Below, in pieces: positions 49,579-59,800 of a stretch of 64,000 bases of DNA; the first letter of the stretch is position 1; each line of letters opens with the position of its first letter. Below the pieces are notes generated by a model. The model was not told the DNA's origin, did no database searches, and worked only from the letters and a program-made list of their open reading frames with translations. Source of the DNA: an uncultured Bacteroidales bacterium (GTDB lineage: Bacteria; Bacteroidota; Bacteroidia; Bacteroidales; WCHB1-69); assembly GCA_905233745.1 (NCBI GenBank), contig CAJODA010000007.1, positions 1,248-65,247 of the forward strand, read 5' to 3'. Position numbers and translations under genes: made by a program.

Positions 49579-50472
49579 TTACGAGAATACCTTCATCAAG
49601 GCCTTTGTCACCGTTGGTTCCTCAATCTTCGACACCACGAACAATCGTTTGCCTAAATCCTTGAAGGAGGCCCCGAAATGGTAAAGTTGTTGTTGGTCTA
49701 TGATTAAAAACCGGTCATGCACTTTCTCTATCTCTTTGATTGTAATGGGTGGGTATTGGCTGTTGTATTTGCTGAGGTCTGTTTGGAATTGATTCGTGAT
49801 GCGCTCCGTATAAATGCTTGCGCTCACTTCTGCTTGCCGTTTGCTCAGCAGCAAAAGTACGCTTTCATCTATGTAGTTGTCAACAAGTTTGATGTTTTCT
49901 TTGGCACTTCGAATCAAATCCGCCACAAACACGTATGCATCGAATGTCTCACCATTAAAAAACAATCCGGCTTTAGGCGGCAGGGCTGTTTGTACTATAT
50001 TATCTATCCGTTGGTTAATGTCCGAAATTTGCAAATCGTGTCTTATGATATGTTGTTCTATTTGAACCAAATGTGGATTCAAGGCATAACCGCGAAACAT
50101 ATACTCTTTAAGAACCCCACTCGCCCAATGCCGGAATTGTATGCCAGAAACGGTATTTACACGATACCCAATAGACAATATCATATCAAGATTATAGAAA
50201 TCAATATATCGGTTCACCGTCCTATTACCTTCTTGACGAACTACTCGAATTTTTCGAGCAGTTGCCTTTATCTCCAGCTCCCGGATCTTGTAAATCTCTT
50301 TGATATGGTAAGTTACGGTATTCTCTTTTACGCCAAACAAAATCGCCATCTGGGCTTGAGACAGCCAAACCGTGTCATCTGCCACACGAACTTCAAGATT
50401 GATATTCTCCGCAACATGATAAATTACAACGTCCCCGTATTGTACTGTTCTCATAGGTTTTATGTTTTCCAT
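49579..50472 (-). CDS. RhuM-like N-terminal DNA-binding region fused to a C-terminal domain with an HKD-like (PLD nuclease-like) motif
   Basis: 297 aa. The N-terminal half matches the RhuM pattern (VWLSQAQMAILFGV ... YNLDMILSIGYRVNT ... QFRHWASGVLKEY). The C-terminus contains HDRFLIIDQQQLYHFGASFKDLGKR. The gene is markedly AT-rich compared with its neighbours. Confidence 0.75.
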   Translation of the reverse strand: MENIKPMRTVQYGDVVIYHVAENINLEVRVADDTVWLSQAQMAILFGVKENTVTYHIKEIYKIRELEIKATARKIRVVRQEGNRTVNRYIDFYNLDMILSIGYRVNTVSGIQFRHWASGVLKEYMFRGYALNPHLVQIEQHIIRHDLQISDINQRIDNIVQTALPPKAGLFFNGETFDAYVFVADLIRSAKENIKLVDNYIDESVLLLLSKRQAEVSASIYTERITNQFQTDLSKYNSQYPPITIKEIEKVHDRFLIIDQQQLYHFGASFKDLGKRLFVVSKIEEPTVTKALMKVFS

Positions 50473-50494
50473 AGTTCAAAATTTTATATCGCCG

Positions 50495-50502
50495 CAAAGA
50501 TA
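50495..50502 (-). promoter_or_regulatory. -7 box TATCTTTG upstream of the RhuM-like gene
   Basis: Exact match, 22 nt upstream of the ATG at 50472. Confidence 0.45.
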
Positions 50503-50584
50503 TGAAATTTATATAACATATTGAGATTCAATACGTTTTAACAAATAATAGTTAAAATATTAGAAATAATGATTCGGTGCGGTC

Positions 50585-51445
50585 CTACACCATTTTTTCA
50601 GCACAGACCATCCGCCTCTTCCCGTTGATGTCTTCCCACGACTTGAAATCGGCATAGCCATGTGACAGAAACATTTGTTTCAATTCTTCATGGTATCCCT
50701 CAAACGTTTCGGCGTAAACCTTTCCTTGCGGAACAAGACAGTGTTTCCCGATCAGTGCAAGGGCCTCATAGAACAGCAAGGGTTGGTCATCGGGCACGAA
50801 CAGTGCGCTGTGCGGTTCGTGTGCCACCACGTTGGGGTGCATCGTGCTCCGCAGCGCGGCAGGGATGTACGGCGGATTGCTCACCAGAAGGCCGAAGTGC
50901 GTGTCGCCAAAGGGCAAGTTTGCCGTGTCCAGCATGTCGTGTCGCGCAAAGGTTACCGCCACTTTGTTGGCTTCCGCGTTGGCGCGTGCCACGTCCAGCG
51001 CACGCTCAGAGATGTCGCTGGCAAAGACCTCCGCCTGCGGCAGGTGCTTGGCCAGTGCCACGGCGATGCAGCCGCTGCCGGTGCCCACGTCCCAAATCCG
51101 CAGGGTGGGGCAGTGCACGTGCGCGCGCACGATGAGGTCCACCAACTCCTCCGTCTCAGGCCGCGGAATCAGCACGTCGGGGGTCACGTGGAAGTTGAGC
51201 CCGTAGAACTCCGCTTCTCCTGACACATATTGCAGCGGGGTGCCCTGTTGCAACAGAAGCAGTTCGTTGTCGAACTGCCGAATCTTGGCAGCTGATAGCG
51301 TGTCATTGCCGCGTAGCACCAGCTCGTGCGCCGGCAGGGCCAAGCGCGCCTGCAAGTACGCCTTTGCAATTGCAGCCGCTTCATGTGCGTCATAAAGCGG
51401 CTGCAGCGTTTCGGTAATATGTCTGGTGTATTCGCGGATTGTCAT
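50585..51445 (-). CDS. prmC: Peptide chain release factor N5-glutamine methyltransferase
   Basis: 286 aa. SAM motif VGTGSGCIAVALA and the catalytic NPPY motif (VSNPPYIP). Confidence 0.9.
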   Translation of the reverse strand: MTIREYTRHITETLQPLYDAHEAAAIAKAYLQARLALPAHELVLRGNDTLSAAKIRQFDNELLLLQQGTPLQYVSGEAEFYGLNFHVTPDVLIPRPETEELVDLIVRAHVHCPTLRIWDVGTGSGCIAVALAKHLPQAEVFASDISERALDVARANAEANKVAVTFARHDMLDTANLPFGDTHFGLLVSNPPYIPAALRSTMHPNVVAHEPHSALFVPDDQPLLFYEALALIGKHCLVPQGKVYAETFEGYHEELKQMFLSHGYADFKSWEDINGKRRMVCAEKMV

Positions 51446-52621
51446 CTATTTGCGTGCGGCTGCCGGAAAATCGCGCCATGCCCATTTGTCCACTACCACG
51501 CCCTTGTGGAACAGGATGATACCTGGATTGGAACGCACGGCGTCGCGAACCATGAACGGTCCCTTGATCGGGTCGATGGGATTGTGATAGACGGGGAAAT
51601 CAATGGCGTTTTCTTCCACGAATTTGGCAATCTCTTCTTCGGAGGAATTGGAAACGGCCACGAAGTCAATGCCTTTTTCCATACAGTCGGCGGCTAGCTT
51701 CTTAGCTCGCTCCAAACCTTTGATCTTGGTTTCTGAAAGATTATGCATGTAGAGCACATACAGGTCTTGCTCGTTGTCTTTGCTGATCAGTTCAAAGGCA
51801 TGGTCGGCACCGTTCTCGTCCAGCATGTTGAAACCGTCAATCTTGGCACGCACAAGGTCCTTGATGACGCTGTCCTTGCGATCCACGTAGTCGAAATTCT
51901 CGTAAAAATCGTCCTCTTTGGCCATCAGCTCGTCTTGGGTGAGCGTGATCTCTTGCCCGTCTTCTTTGTTGCGATAAATGAAAAGCACTTCTTTCTGGGC
52001 AGGTTGTTCTATGAAGACTGTCACATCTTTGCCTTTCTTCCAATCGGTGAAATCAATGGCGGGCAGATGGCGAATGCAATGTAGCTGGAAAACAACAGCT
52101 ATGAGGGCAAAAATGCCGATAAGCAGCCATTGTCCCCATGAGCTGACACGACTGGAGGGGATTCTTTTCCGGTAGGCGAAAACGATAAGGGTGGGGATGA
52201 TGAGCACGACATTCTTGAGGAATGTTTGCAGATTCGACATTTTTACGGCTTGTCCGAAGCAGCCGCAGTCCTTCACCACCCCAAAATCATGAATGCCATG
52301 AACTTCCAAATACTCGGCGATAGCGAGCCACATGGTCAGGAAGAAGAAGAAGGTCATGAATAGCAGGTATCCCCATGCAGCCAACAGTGGTTTTATGCGT
52401 AAAATCATCATGCACCCTAGAATGAACTCAAATGCTATGGCGCAAATAGCGGCGAACTGGGCCAGCGGATGCAGAAAACCCATCCCGAAGGATACAAAGT
52501 AGTCGTTCATCGTAATTCCGAAGTTGACCGGATCCACCGCTTTGGTGAAACTGGAAAACAAGAACACACATCCTAACAGTATGCGGATAATTTTCAACCA
52601 AATGGGTTCTCTATTTTTCAT
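51446..52621 (-). CDS. Membrane protein with DoxX-like N-terminal TM region and thioredoxin-fold-like C-terminal domain (BT_3928-like family)
   Basis: 391 aa, about 5 TM helices followed by a soluble domain. Family call is from memory. Confidence 0.6.
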   Translation of the reverse strand: MKNREPIWLKIIRILLGCVFLFSSFTKAVDPVNFGITMNDYFVSFGMGFLHPLAQFAAICAIAFEFILGCMMILRIKPLLAAWGYLLFMTFFFFLTMWLAIAEYLEVHGIHDFGVVKDCGCFGQAVKMSNLQTFLKNVVLIIPTLIVFAYRKRIPSSRVSSWGQWLLIGIFALIAVVFQLHCIRHLPAIDFTDWKKGKDVTVFIEQPAQKEVLFIYRNKEDGQEITLTQDELMAKEDDFYENFDYVDRKDSVIKDLVRAKIDGFNMLDENGADHAFELISKDNEQDLYVLYMHNLSETKIKGLERAKKLAADCMEKGIDFVAVSNSSEEEIAKFVEENAIDFPVYHNPIDPIKGPFMVRDAVRSNPGIILFHKGVVVDKWAWRDFPAAARK

Positions 52622-52649
52622 GTATTATTGATATTTAAAAAAAACTCTT

Positions 52650-52727
52650 TTCACCCTTCACCTTGTACCCTTCACCTTGTACCCTTCACCTCATTCACCT
52701 CATTCACCCCATTCACCCCATTCACCT
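52650..52727 (-). repeat. Tandem repeat of the GGTGAATGG family (minus-strand sense: 2 x GGTGAATGG, 2 x GGTGAATGA, 2 x GGTGAAGGGTACAA, GGTGAAGGGTGAA)
   Basis: Read directly. It begins at the nucleotide after the DUF1599 stop codon and ends 28 nt before the next minus-strand ATG. Confidence 0.9.
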
Positions 52728-53282
52728 CTATTCCTTTTCCAGCACCAATCGTATCAACGCGAACATGGAATAGTTGATGATGTCGTAGTAATTGGCATCC
52801 AACCCTTCCGAAATGATCGTATTGCCATGGTGGTCTTCGATGGACTTGATGCGGAAGAGTTTCATCAGGATGATGTCGTCCAGCGAGCTGATGCGCATCT
52901 GGCGCCAGGCCTCGTCGTAGTCGTGGTTCTTGTTCATCATCAGATTTTTGGCCTCTGTGATGTATTTTGTGTACAGTTCCACGACTTTTTCCGGAGCCAT
53001 CTCAATCTGTTCGGCGGTCTCGGCCACGCCCAGTTCCAGCTGGATGAGGGCCATGACGGAGTAGTTGACAATGCCGATGAACTCGGGGATGATACCCTCG
53101 GCCACCTTGGCTTCACCCTTTTCCTGAATGCTGCGGATGCGGTTGGCCTTGATGTAAATCTGGTCTGTCAGCGACGGCGTGCGCAGAATACGCCATGCCG
53201 TGCCGTAATCGATGGCTTTTTTTGAAAAGATATCCAGACATTGTCGGATAATCTCATCGTATTGTTCGGAGGTGTTTGCCAT
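52728..53282 (-). CDS. DUF1599-family protein
   Basis: 184 aa soluble helical protein. Family recalled from memory. Confidence 0.65.
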   Translation of the reverse strand: MANTSEQYDEIIRQCLDIFSKKAIDYGTAWRILRTPSLTDQIYIKANRIRSIQEKGEAKVAEGIIPEFIGIVNYSVMALIQLELGVAETAEQIEMAPEKVVELYTKYITEAKNLMMNKNHDYDEAWRQMRISSLDDIILMKLFRIKSIEDHHGNTIISEGLDANYYDIINYSMFALIRLVLEKE

Positions 53283-56200
53283 TATTGTTTGATGAATTTG
53301 GAAGTCTTAGTCTGTTGGTTGTCAAGTGTTGTCTCGATGAAATAGACACCGCTGTTCAGATGAGCCACATTCAGGTTAACACGGCTTTCCTTGTTGGCGC
53401 TTACGGTTTCAATCAGTCGTCCGCTGAGGTCATAGATGGAAATCGAGCGGATTGCTTCGTTGCTGCTGACGGTCAGCTGAACAGTAGCAGGATTAGGGTA
53501 GATGCTGACATTGGCTGTGGGGATTACGTGCTCTTCAATGCCGACATAGTCGGTAGTGTCTTTTGGTGCAATAGTACCGCATCCGGGGAAGGTGACATTG
53601 TCGATCCAAGCACAGTCACTGCCGTGGGCAGCAGAGTAATCCTTACTGTAGCTGAAAGTGTAGGTGTGGGTGCCTGCTTCCACGGGGAAGGAAGCTTGTC
53701 CCCAGCTGACATCTCCCGAGAGTTCCTCCATTTTGTTGCCATCAATGGAGAAAGAGAATATGTCGTAAGAGCTTTCCGAAGATACGCGGCGGAAATAGGT
53801 GATATCACCGCTTAGTATGGAATTGACAGAAATTGAGATTGAGGAAGTGCGCGAGTTGCCGAGGTTGGCGTATGAGCGTGCGCAATGGCTTCCGGCGTAT
53901 GGTGAATCAGTGGTGATTTGCCATCCGTAGTTTCCTGAATTGTTCCACGGATACTGGCTGAAGTCTCCAGATTCAAAAGTCTCAGTGGCAGAACCGACGG
54001 TCATGTATATTGTGTCGATACGGTGAGTGTTGTTGATTAGCGTATGATAGTACAAGGGTATGGAGGTGTTGTCAGGAACGTTGCTGCCCACCTGCACGCT
54101 GAATGAGTTGAGGACGGATTGTTCAGGCCCCAAGTTGAAGATGGAGTAAGAGGTGGAGGTGACAATTGCACCCGTGTATTCGGAAGTGAGGTCCACCAAA
54201 GCATAGGGCAGGGTGATATGTCCGGCGTTTTTATTGGTGAAAATAACGTTGACCAGATCACCGGGGGAGATAACAGAAGCGCCACTCGGAGTCTGGATAG
54301 TGAAACTCTCTCTTATCAGATTCGGGGCCAGGATGTTGATGCTGGTGTTTTTCTGGGAAGTGCTGCTCCCCCAATAGACGGTAACGGTGAAGTCTGCTCT
54401 GGATTGATCTTCTGCGTCAGCGGGAAGTACGCACGTGAATGCATTGTTTAAGATTCGGGATGCATTGGCTGCGAGGCTTCCGATATATACGGAATCTGTA
54501 GTGACAACAATACCTGGAGTAGTGCAGGTTATCTTGGCGTATGCGTTGTCGGCGTTGCTTACACCAAGGTTGTTGACAACGAGGTCCCATTGGATGGTGG
54601 AGCCGGCGGCAGGAATGGTGGCAGGTGACACTTGAATGCTTTCAGCGAGAAGATAAGCACCTTGCGGAACGATAACGTTTACGGTTTTGAAGTACTGGAT
54701 GTAGTTCTGCGCGCTGACGGCTAATTCATATGCTCCCGGTTCATTGATGGGATCGAAAGTTATGTTTGCATTGCCGTTGGCATCTGCAAAAGCAGCGCCC
54801 ACCAGTTGGTTGTTGTGCGTGAGGGCCACGTATGCAAACGGGACGGCTTGTACACTATAACTGGTGGTGCCGGTTGTGATGGCATCGGGAGCCGTAACGG
54901 TCATCGTTGAAGGCATGCCCAGATATGGACGAATGGAGGGATCGCCGAAAATGTGGTAGATTTCCCAATAGTAAAGCTTAAGGTCGGAAGAGGATGACTG
55001 TACGGACATGTTGCCGCTTTGTACCAAGCTGCCCATGGTGGAGGTCCAATCGGAAGTGCTCTCCCCATGAGTGTGGAATGCGCGGTCGTAGCAGCCCAAA
55101 TGTGATGCGTTATAGGTGGGGCTTGCGGAGCAACTGCTACGCACGCCTACGGCCCAGTAATAGTCTTCGTCCCAATAGGTCACCTCGGAGGCTCCGACAT
55201 AGATTGCCGCGCCTTTGTTCGGTGTGCGCAAAAGAGTCTCCCCAAAACAGGGGGAAGAGTAGTTGAATTTGCCGGTGAGACAGCAGTTGCCAATCATGAT
55301 GCCATATTTTCCGGCATTGTTCATGGAGCCTACTTGGCTATTGCTGAACCCGGGGTCAGACCAGCCGGTTTCGCCACCATGTGCCGTGTAATTGGCCCAG
55401 CCCACACCTGCACCTATTTCGCTGCGGATGGTGGCAGCCTGGCTGCTACAATTGTAGTTGTGCTTGTAAACTGTCGAGTATTGGTGAGTTGTACTATTAG
55501 TGTTGATGTAGTTGTTGTATATGTAATTGATCTGGCCGTCGCCATGTGTGGGACCATAATTCCCATCGGTTCCGGCAATCAGGACAGCTTTCCCGAGATA
55601 AGATGGATCTTCCATGTTATATTGCTCATACATGAGAGACTTGACGATCTGTGGCTCCAGTTGGGAAACGTTTTCCGCGGAGAAACGACCATAGTAGCAG
55701 TCGGGGATGTTGTCACCACTGTTCCAGGTGGCATAGTACAGGTCAGAAACATGGGTGTTTCTCTCGCTACAGTTGAAAGGTGGAAGTTGGGACACGTCGC
55801 CGATAAACAGCAGGAATGTCGGGGCAGGGTTGGAGGAGGTGGCATTGTTGTAATGCGTCATGATGTAGTTCTTGATGGATGTGGTGGTGGTGCCCACGGC
55901 CGGATCGTTGGTGTAGGCCACTTCCACGATATAACCCATTCTCTTTTTCCAAGCGACAAACTGATTGAGTTTTTCGTTGTTGGCGAATAAGGAGTTAGCT
56001 ATGATTAAGTATTTGATGGGGGCGGCGGAAAACTCGTCACGGGTTAGTTCAATGGGGTTGATAACGGATGCGGAAGCGACAGAGAACATGGGGCTGCCGT
56101 ATTTGCTCTTCAACTCGTACGTGCCTGGAATATCAGCATTTGCGAATGTGACGGTAACGTCCAAGGAGCGATAAATGCGCACAAGGCCCGTTACGGGGTT

Positions 56201-56707
56201 GTACTGTACAGGTGATACATAGATGTTGGCCAGCGTGACATCTCTCATGGTGCCGGCTTTCTCCACACGCACCAGAGGCTCTGCATACAGGGCGTCTTGG
56301 CCGTATGTGTCGCTGTTACGGACGAATGTGATTTCTCCAGTGTATGATTTGTGCTGTGAGGGCTGAACCGGATAAATTGGGTAAAGAATACCTAAATCGG
56401 CTGCCTGGTATTCGTCATACCGGGCGTTGGAAACAGTTGCAATGACTGAATCGCAGAGCGGAATTTCCAGGAGTTTGCTTAAAACAGGCAGTTGGGGATT
56501 CCCCACCTTGCTGCTCGAAGAGTATTCGTCCATCGATATTTGGGTGAACATACCCTCGGGGGTTTTCACCGTTTTTGCTTGAATCTGGTCACTCTTGAAA
56601 GAGAGGGACACGCTGCTGAAATTACTGTGATGAACAGTGTAATGCTGTGCAAAAGAATAATTTATGGCTAATGACAGCAATACGATTACAGTGAATAGTT
56701 TTTTCAT
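53282..56707 (-). CDS. C25 (gingipain-like) cysteine peptidase with propeptide, long post-catalytic region and T9SS C-terminal sorting domain
   Basis: Start taken at MKKLFTVIVLL (signal peptide). His context YTAHGGETGW and Cys context GIMIGNCCLTGKF. C-terminus VSIYPNPATVQLTV ... GVYFIETT ... SKFIKQ. Confidence 0.85.
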   Translation of the reverse strand: MKKLFTVIVLLSLAINYSFAQHYTVHHSNFSSVSLSFKSDQIQAKTVKTPEGMFTQISMDEYSSSSKVGNPQLPVLSKLLEIPLCDSVIATVSNARYDEYQAADLGILYPIYPVQPSQHKSYTGEITFVRNSDTYGQDALYAEPLVRVEKAGTMRDVTLANIYVSPVQYNPVTGLVRIYRSLDVTVTFANADIPGTYELKSKYGSPMFSVASASVINPIELTRDEFSAAPIKYLIIANSLFANNEKLNQFVAWKKRMGYIVEVAYTNDPAVGTTTTSIKNYIMTHYNNATSSNPAPTFLLFIGDVSQLPPFNCSERNTHVSDLYYATWNSGDNIPDCYYGRFSAENVSQLEPQIVKSLMYEQYNMEDPSYLGKAVLIAGTDGNYGPTHGDGQINYIYNNYINTNSTTHQYSTVYKHNYNCSSQAATIRSEIGAGVGWANYTAHGGETGWSDPGFSNSQVGSMNNAGKYGIMIGNCCLTGKFNYSSPCFGETLLRTPNKGAAIYVGASEVTYWDEDYYWAVGVRSSCSASPTYNASHLGCYDRAFHTHGESTSDWTSTMGSLVQSGNMSVQSSSSDLKLYYWEIYHIFGDPSIRPYLGMPSTMTVTAPDAITTGTTSYSVQAVPFAYVALTHNNQLVGAAFADANGNANITFDPINEPGAYELAVSAQNYIQYFKTVNVIVPQGAYLLAESIQVSPATIPAAGSTIQWDLVVNNLGVSNADNAYAKITCTTPGIVVTTDSVYIGSLAANASRILNNAFTCVLPADAEDQSRADFTVTVYWGSSTSQKNTSINILAPNLIRESFTIQTPSGASVISPGDLVNVIFTNKNAGHITLPYALVDLTSEYTGAIVTSTSYSIFNLGPEQSVLNSFSVQVGSNVPDNTSIPLYYHTLINNTHRIDTIYMTVGSATETFESGDFSQYPWNNSGNYGWQITTDSPYAGSHCARSYANLGNSRTSSISISVNSILSGDITYFRRVSSESSYDIFSFSIDGNKMEELSGDVSWGQASFPVEAGTHTYTFSYSKDYSAAHGSDCAWIDNVTFPGCGTIAPKDTTDYVGIEEHVIPTANVSIYPNPATVQLTVSSNEAIRSISIYDLSGRLIETVSANKESRVNLNVAHLNSGVYFIETTLDNQQTKTSKFIKQ

Positions 56708-56750
56708 TATGATATTGTTTTTTTGAATTATTATCTGCATAAATTGGCGG

Positions 56751-56758
56751 CAAAGATA
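56751..56758 (-). promoter_or_regulatory. -7 box TATCTTTG upstream of the C25 peptidase gene
   Basis: Exact match, 43 nt upstream of the ATG at 56707. Confidence 0.45.
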
Positions 56759-56790
56759 TAAAACTTGTCTGATATTTCTCTTGTGTCGTT

Positions 56791-56828
56791 ACAAAAAATA
56801 AGCGGCCACGTTTAAATGGCCGCTTATT
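56791..56828 (-). terminator. Intrinsic terminator after the fused flavoprotein gene
   Basis: AATAAGCGGCCA ... TGGCCGCTTATT: 12-bp stem followed on the minus strand by TTTTTTGT. Confidence 0.7.
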
Positions 56829-56853
56829 GGTTTATGTGATAATGAATTATATT

Positions 56854-59800
56854 TTACTGGAAAGCGTTCTCGCTGAGTCCGTCGCCACTGATGGAGAGTC
56901 GGGACATGTAAGAAGGAGCCTCTTTGCCGAGGTATTTGTCCACATAGATTTTTGCCAAGTATTGTCCCAACATGAAGCCGTGGCCACGCATGCCGACGAG
57001 CAATCCATGTTCCGGATCCACGATGTAGCGGGGCTCTGTATAATAGCCCGCCCAGGTGGCTTGGAAGCTTACGTTCTTCAATTGCGGGATCCAGTCGATG
57101 AACATCTCCGCGCATACCTGCAGGAAGTCCTGGGTGTTGTACTTCAACTCTTTGCCGGCTTGCAACTGTTCGCAGGCGGGTGACGCACAACCGATGATTT
57201 GGCCGGTTTCTGCGAACTGCTGTCCGTAAACGGCAGAGAAACCTTTGTACTTCCGGCGGTCGATGAGCATGTCCAGTGAATCACCGTCCTTGCCCAGCAT
57301 TGGCAAACGATGTGTGATGAAAGCCTGGTGCTTGATGGGATATAATCCAAGATACATGCCAAGTTGCTCTGCAAACTTGTTGGCACTCGGTCCCAATGCA
57401 TTTACAAAATGCTCGCAGTGGTACTCCACATACTGTTTGTCATGGGTCTTCACCAGGGCCATGAAACCTTTGGCGGTTTTCTGTACCTCAATCAGGCGGG
57501 TGTCTTCCAGCAGAACGCCGCCATGTTCGATGGCAATGTTGCGGATGTAGTTGATGGTCGGACCGGGTGTGGCTTGCCAACAGGCATTTGTGATGCAGGC
57601 AGCCTGGTAGGTGTTGAGGCTCGGGTTGAAGTAGGGAGACACCTCCTTCACAAAGTCCTTCTTGTCCACCATGTAGCCGTCGCTCCATTCGAGGGATTTC
57701 TCCAATGCCTTGTAGTTGGCCTCGTCGTGGGCGAACCCGACGTAGCGGGTGGGTTTGTAGTTGATATTGGTTACTTTTTGGATAGACTCGAAAATGGCAC
57801 GGTTGTGCTCGGCGATGTCGGCAATCTCCGGTACGGAGAAGCTGGGGCGGCCGCCACCGATGCAGCGCCAGGAGGAACCGCGGTCGGCGTTGCAGAGCAC
57901 CACTTTCTTGCCGGCTTCTGCAAAGTAGCGGAACAGGCCGCTGCCAGTGATGCCGCCGCCGGCCACGAACACGTCGCACTCCACCTTCTTGGTGGGCTGG
58001 CCGTTGACGTTGGTCACAAACTCAGCAGGCTTGTCGCTTGGGACAAGTTCACCAATGTTGAGCTGTGAGGAGAGCGGGCCTCGCGGAGTGGCGTCGCCTA
58101 CAACCTCCACACCATATCCAGCCAGCAATTGCTTGACGCGCGGGATACAGCGCTTGCCACGACACGGGCCCATGCCGATACGGGTAATATGCTTCAACTC
58201 GTCCACGGAAATAATGCTCTTGCCTTTAACAGCAGCCAAGATGGTCTCAATCTTCACATCGTCGCAGTGGCAGACGTATGCCGGGTCTTCTTCCATGCTT
58301 TCCAGTTTCTGCCAATTCAGCGGTTCTGGATATTTTTCTTTGAGGATGAAACCGGTAACCTCTAACATCTTCTCACCCTCCACATTCAGGGCTTTCACGC
58401 GGGCCACGTTTGTCTTGTTGGCACCTTTCGTGATTTTCTCGATGATGCCTTCGCCCACTTTCTGTCCGTTGTCATCCACCAGGAAGACTTCAGCATTCTC
58501 TTGCGCGTCATACTCAAACGGCAGGAAAAGCCAGTTTTTGGGCAGATTATATCCAAACAGGGCAAGTCCGGGGCAGTGGTTCACACACTTCATACAGCCG
58601 ATGCACTTGTCATAGTCGATTTGAGGCACGCCGTTGGTGGCGATTTTGGTGATGGCTCCCTGCGGACAGGCAAAGGTGCAGGGGTTGCAGGCGAATCCGT
58701 AGAGACAGTCGGCCATGACGAATGGCTTTTGCAGCCGGTCGCCGGCGGGACGGTTGGGCTTGTCGAGGACGCGTATTGGATGTTGCTGCGAATCAGCGTA
58801 ATCCTTGGTCACAGCGAGATAGTCGTCATAGTTGAAGCGAACATTCAAGGATTGTGCGATTTCCATAGCAGCCTGTTTGCCGCGAAGCACGGCGCATGTA
58901 CCTTCGCCCACGCGGGTGGCGTCACCTACGCCGTATGTGTTGAGGCCGAAGGTGACCTTGCCCTTCTCCAAAATCAGATTGTCGGGTTTGAGACCGGTAC
59001 AGATGTTGATGAGGTCAATGTCTTTGATGACTTGCTCGGTGCCGGGCACGGGCTTGAAGTTCTTGCATTCGGCGATCACGGCGCCGATTACGCCGGTATG
59101 GTCCTCGTTGGGGATGGCTTTGAGCAGTGTGTGAGAGGTGATGATGGGGATGCCGAGACGGCGCACACGGTTGGCTTGTACGGGGAAACCGCCTTCATGA
59201 TCCATGGCTTCTACAATAGCCACCACCTGGGCACCTGCCTGCATGGCCTGATAGGAGGTGAGGTAGCCGATATTGCCGGCTCCGATGGTGAGGATGCGTT
59301 TGCCGAGCAGCGTATGTTGCAGGTTCATCATCTTTTGTACCACAGCTGCGGTATAGACGCCCGGCAGGTCGTCGTTCTCAAAGGTGGGCATGAATGGGAA
59401 GGCGCCAGTAGCAACTACCAAAAAGTTGGCATCTACAAAGCAGATGCTGTTGTCTTCCATGTTTTTGACAGCCACGCGCTTGCCCTCCAGAATGTCCCAA
59501 ACGGTACTGTTGAGCATGATGCCGGAATGGTCGTCGCCGGCAAGCGTCTTGGCAATATCAAAACCACGCATCCCGCCATATTTCTGCTCTTTCTCGAAGA
59601 AGAAGAACTGGTGGGTCTGCATAGTGAATTGTCCGCCAATACGGTCATTGTTGTCAATCACGATGTTGGGAATGCCGAACTTGTTGAGTTGTTCGCGGCA
59701 TGCCAGGCCGGCGGGACCTGCACCGACAATGGCCACCTCAGTCTTGAAGACCTTGGGTGCAGTGGCAGGTTTGGCGGCAGTTTCCGCAGGCAGGTGGTTG

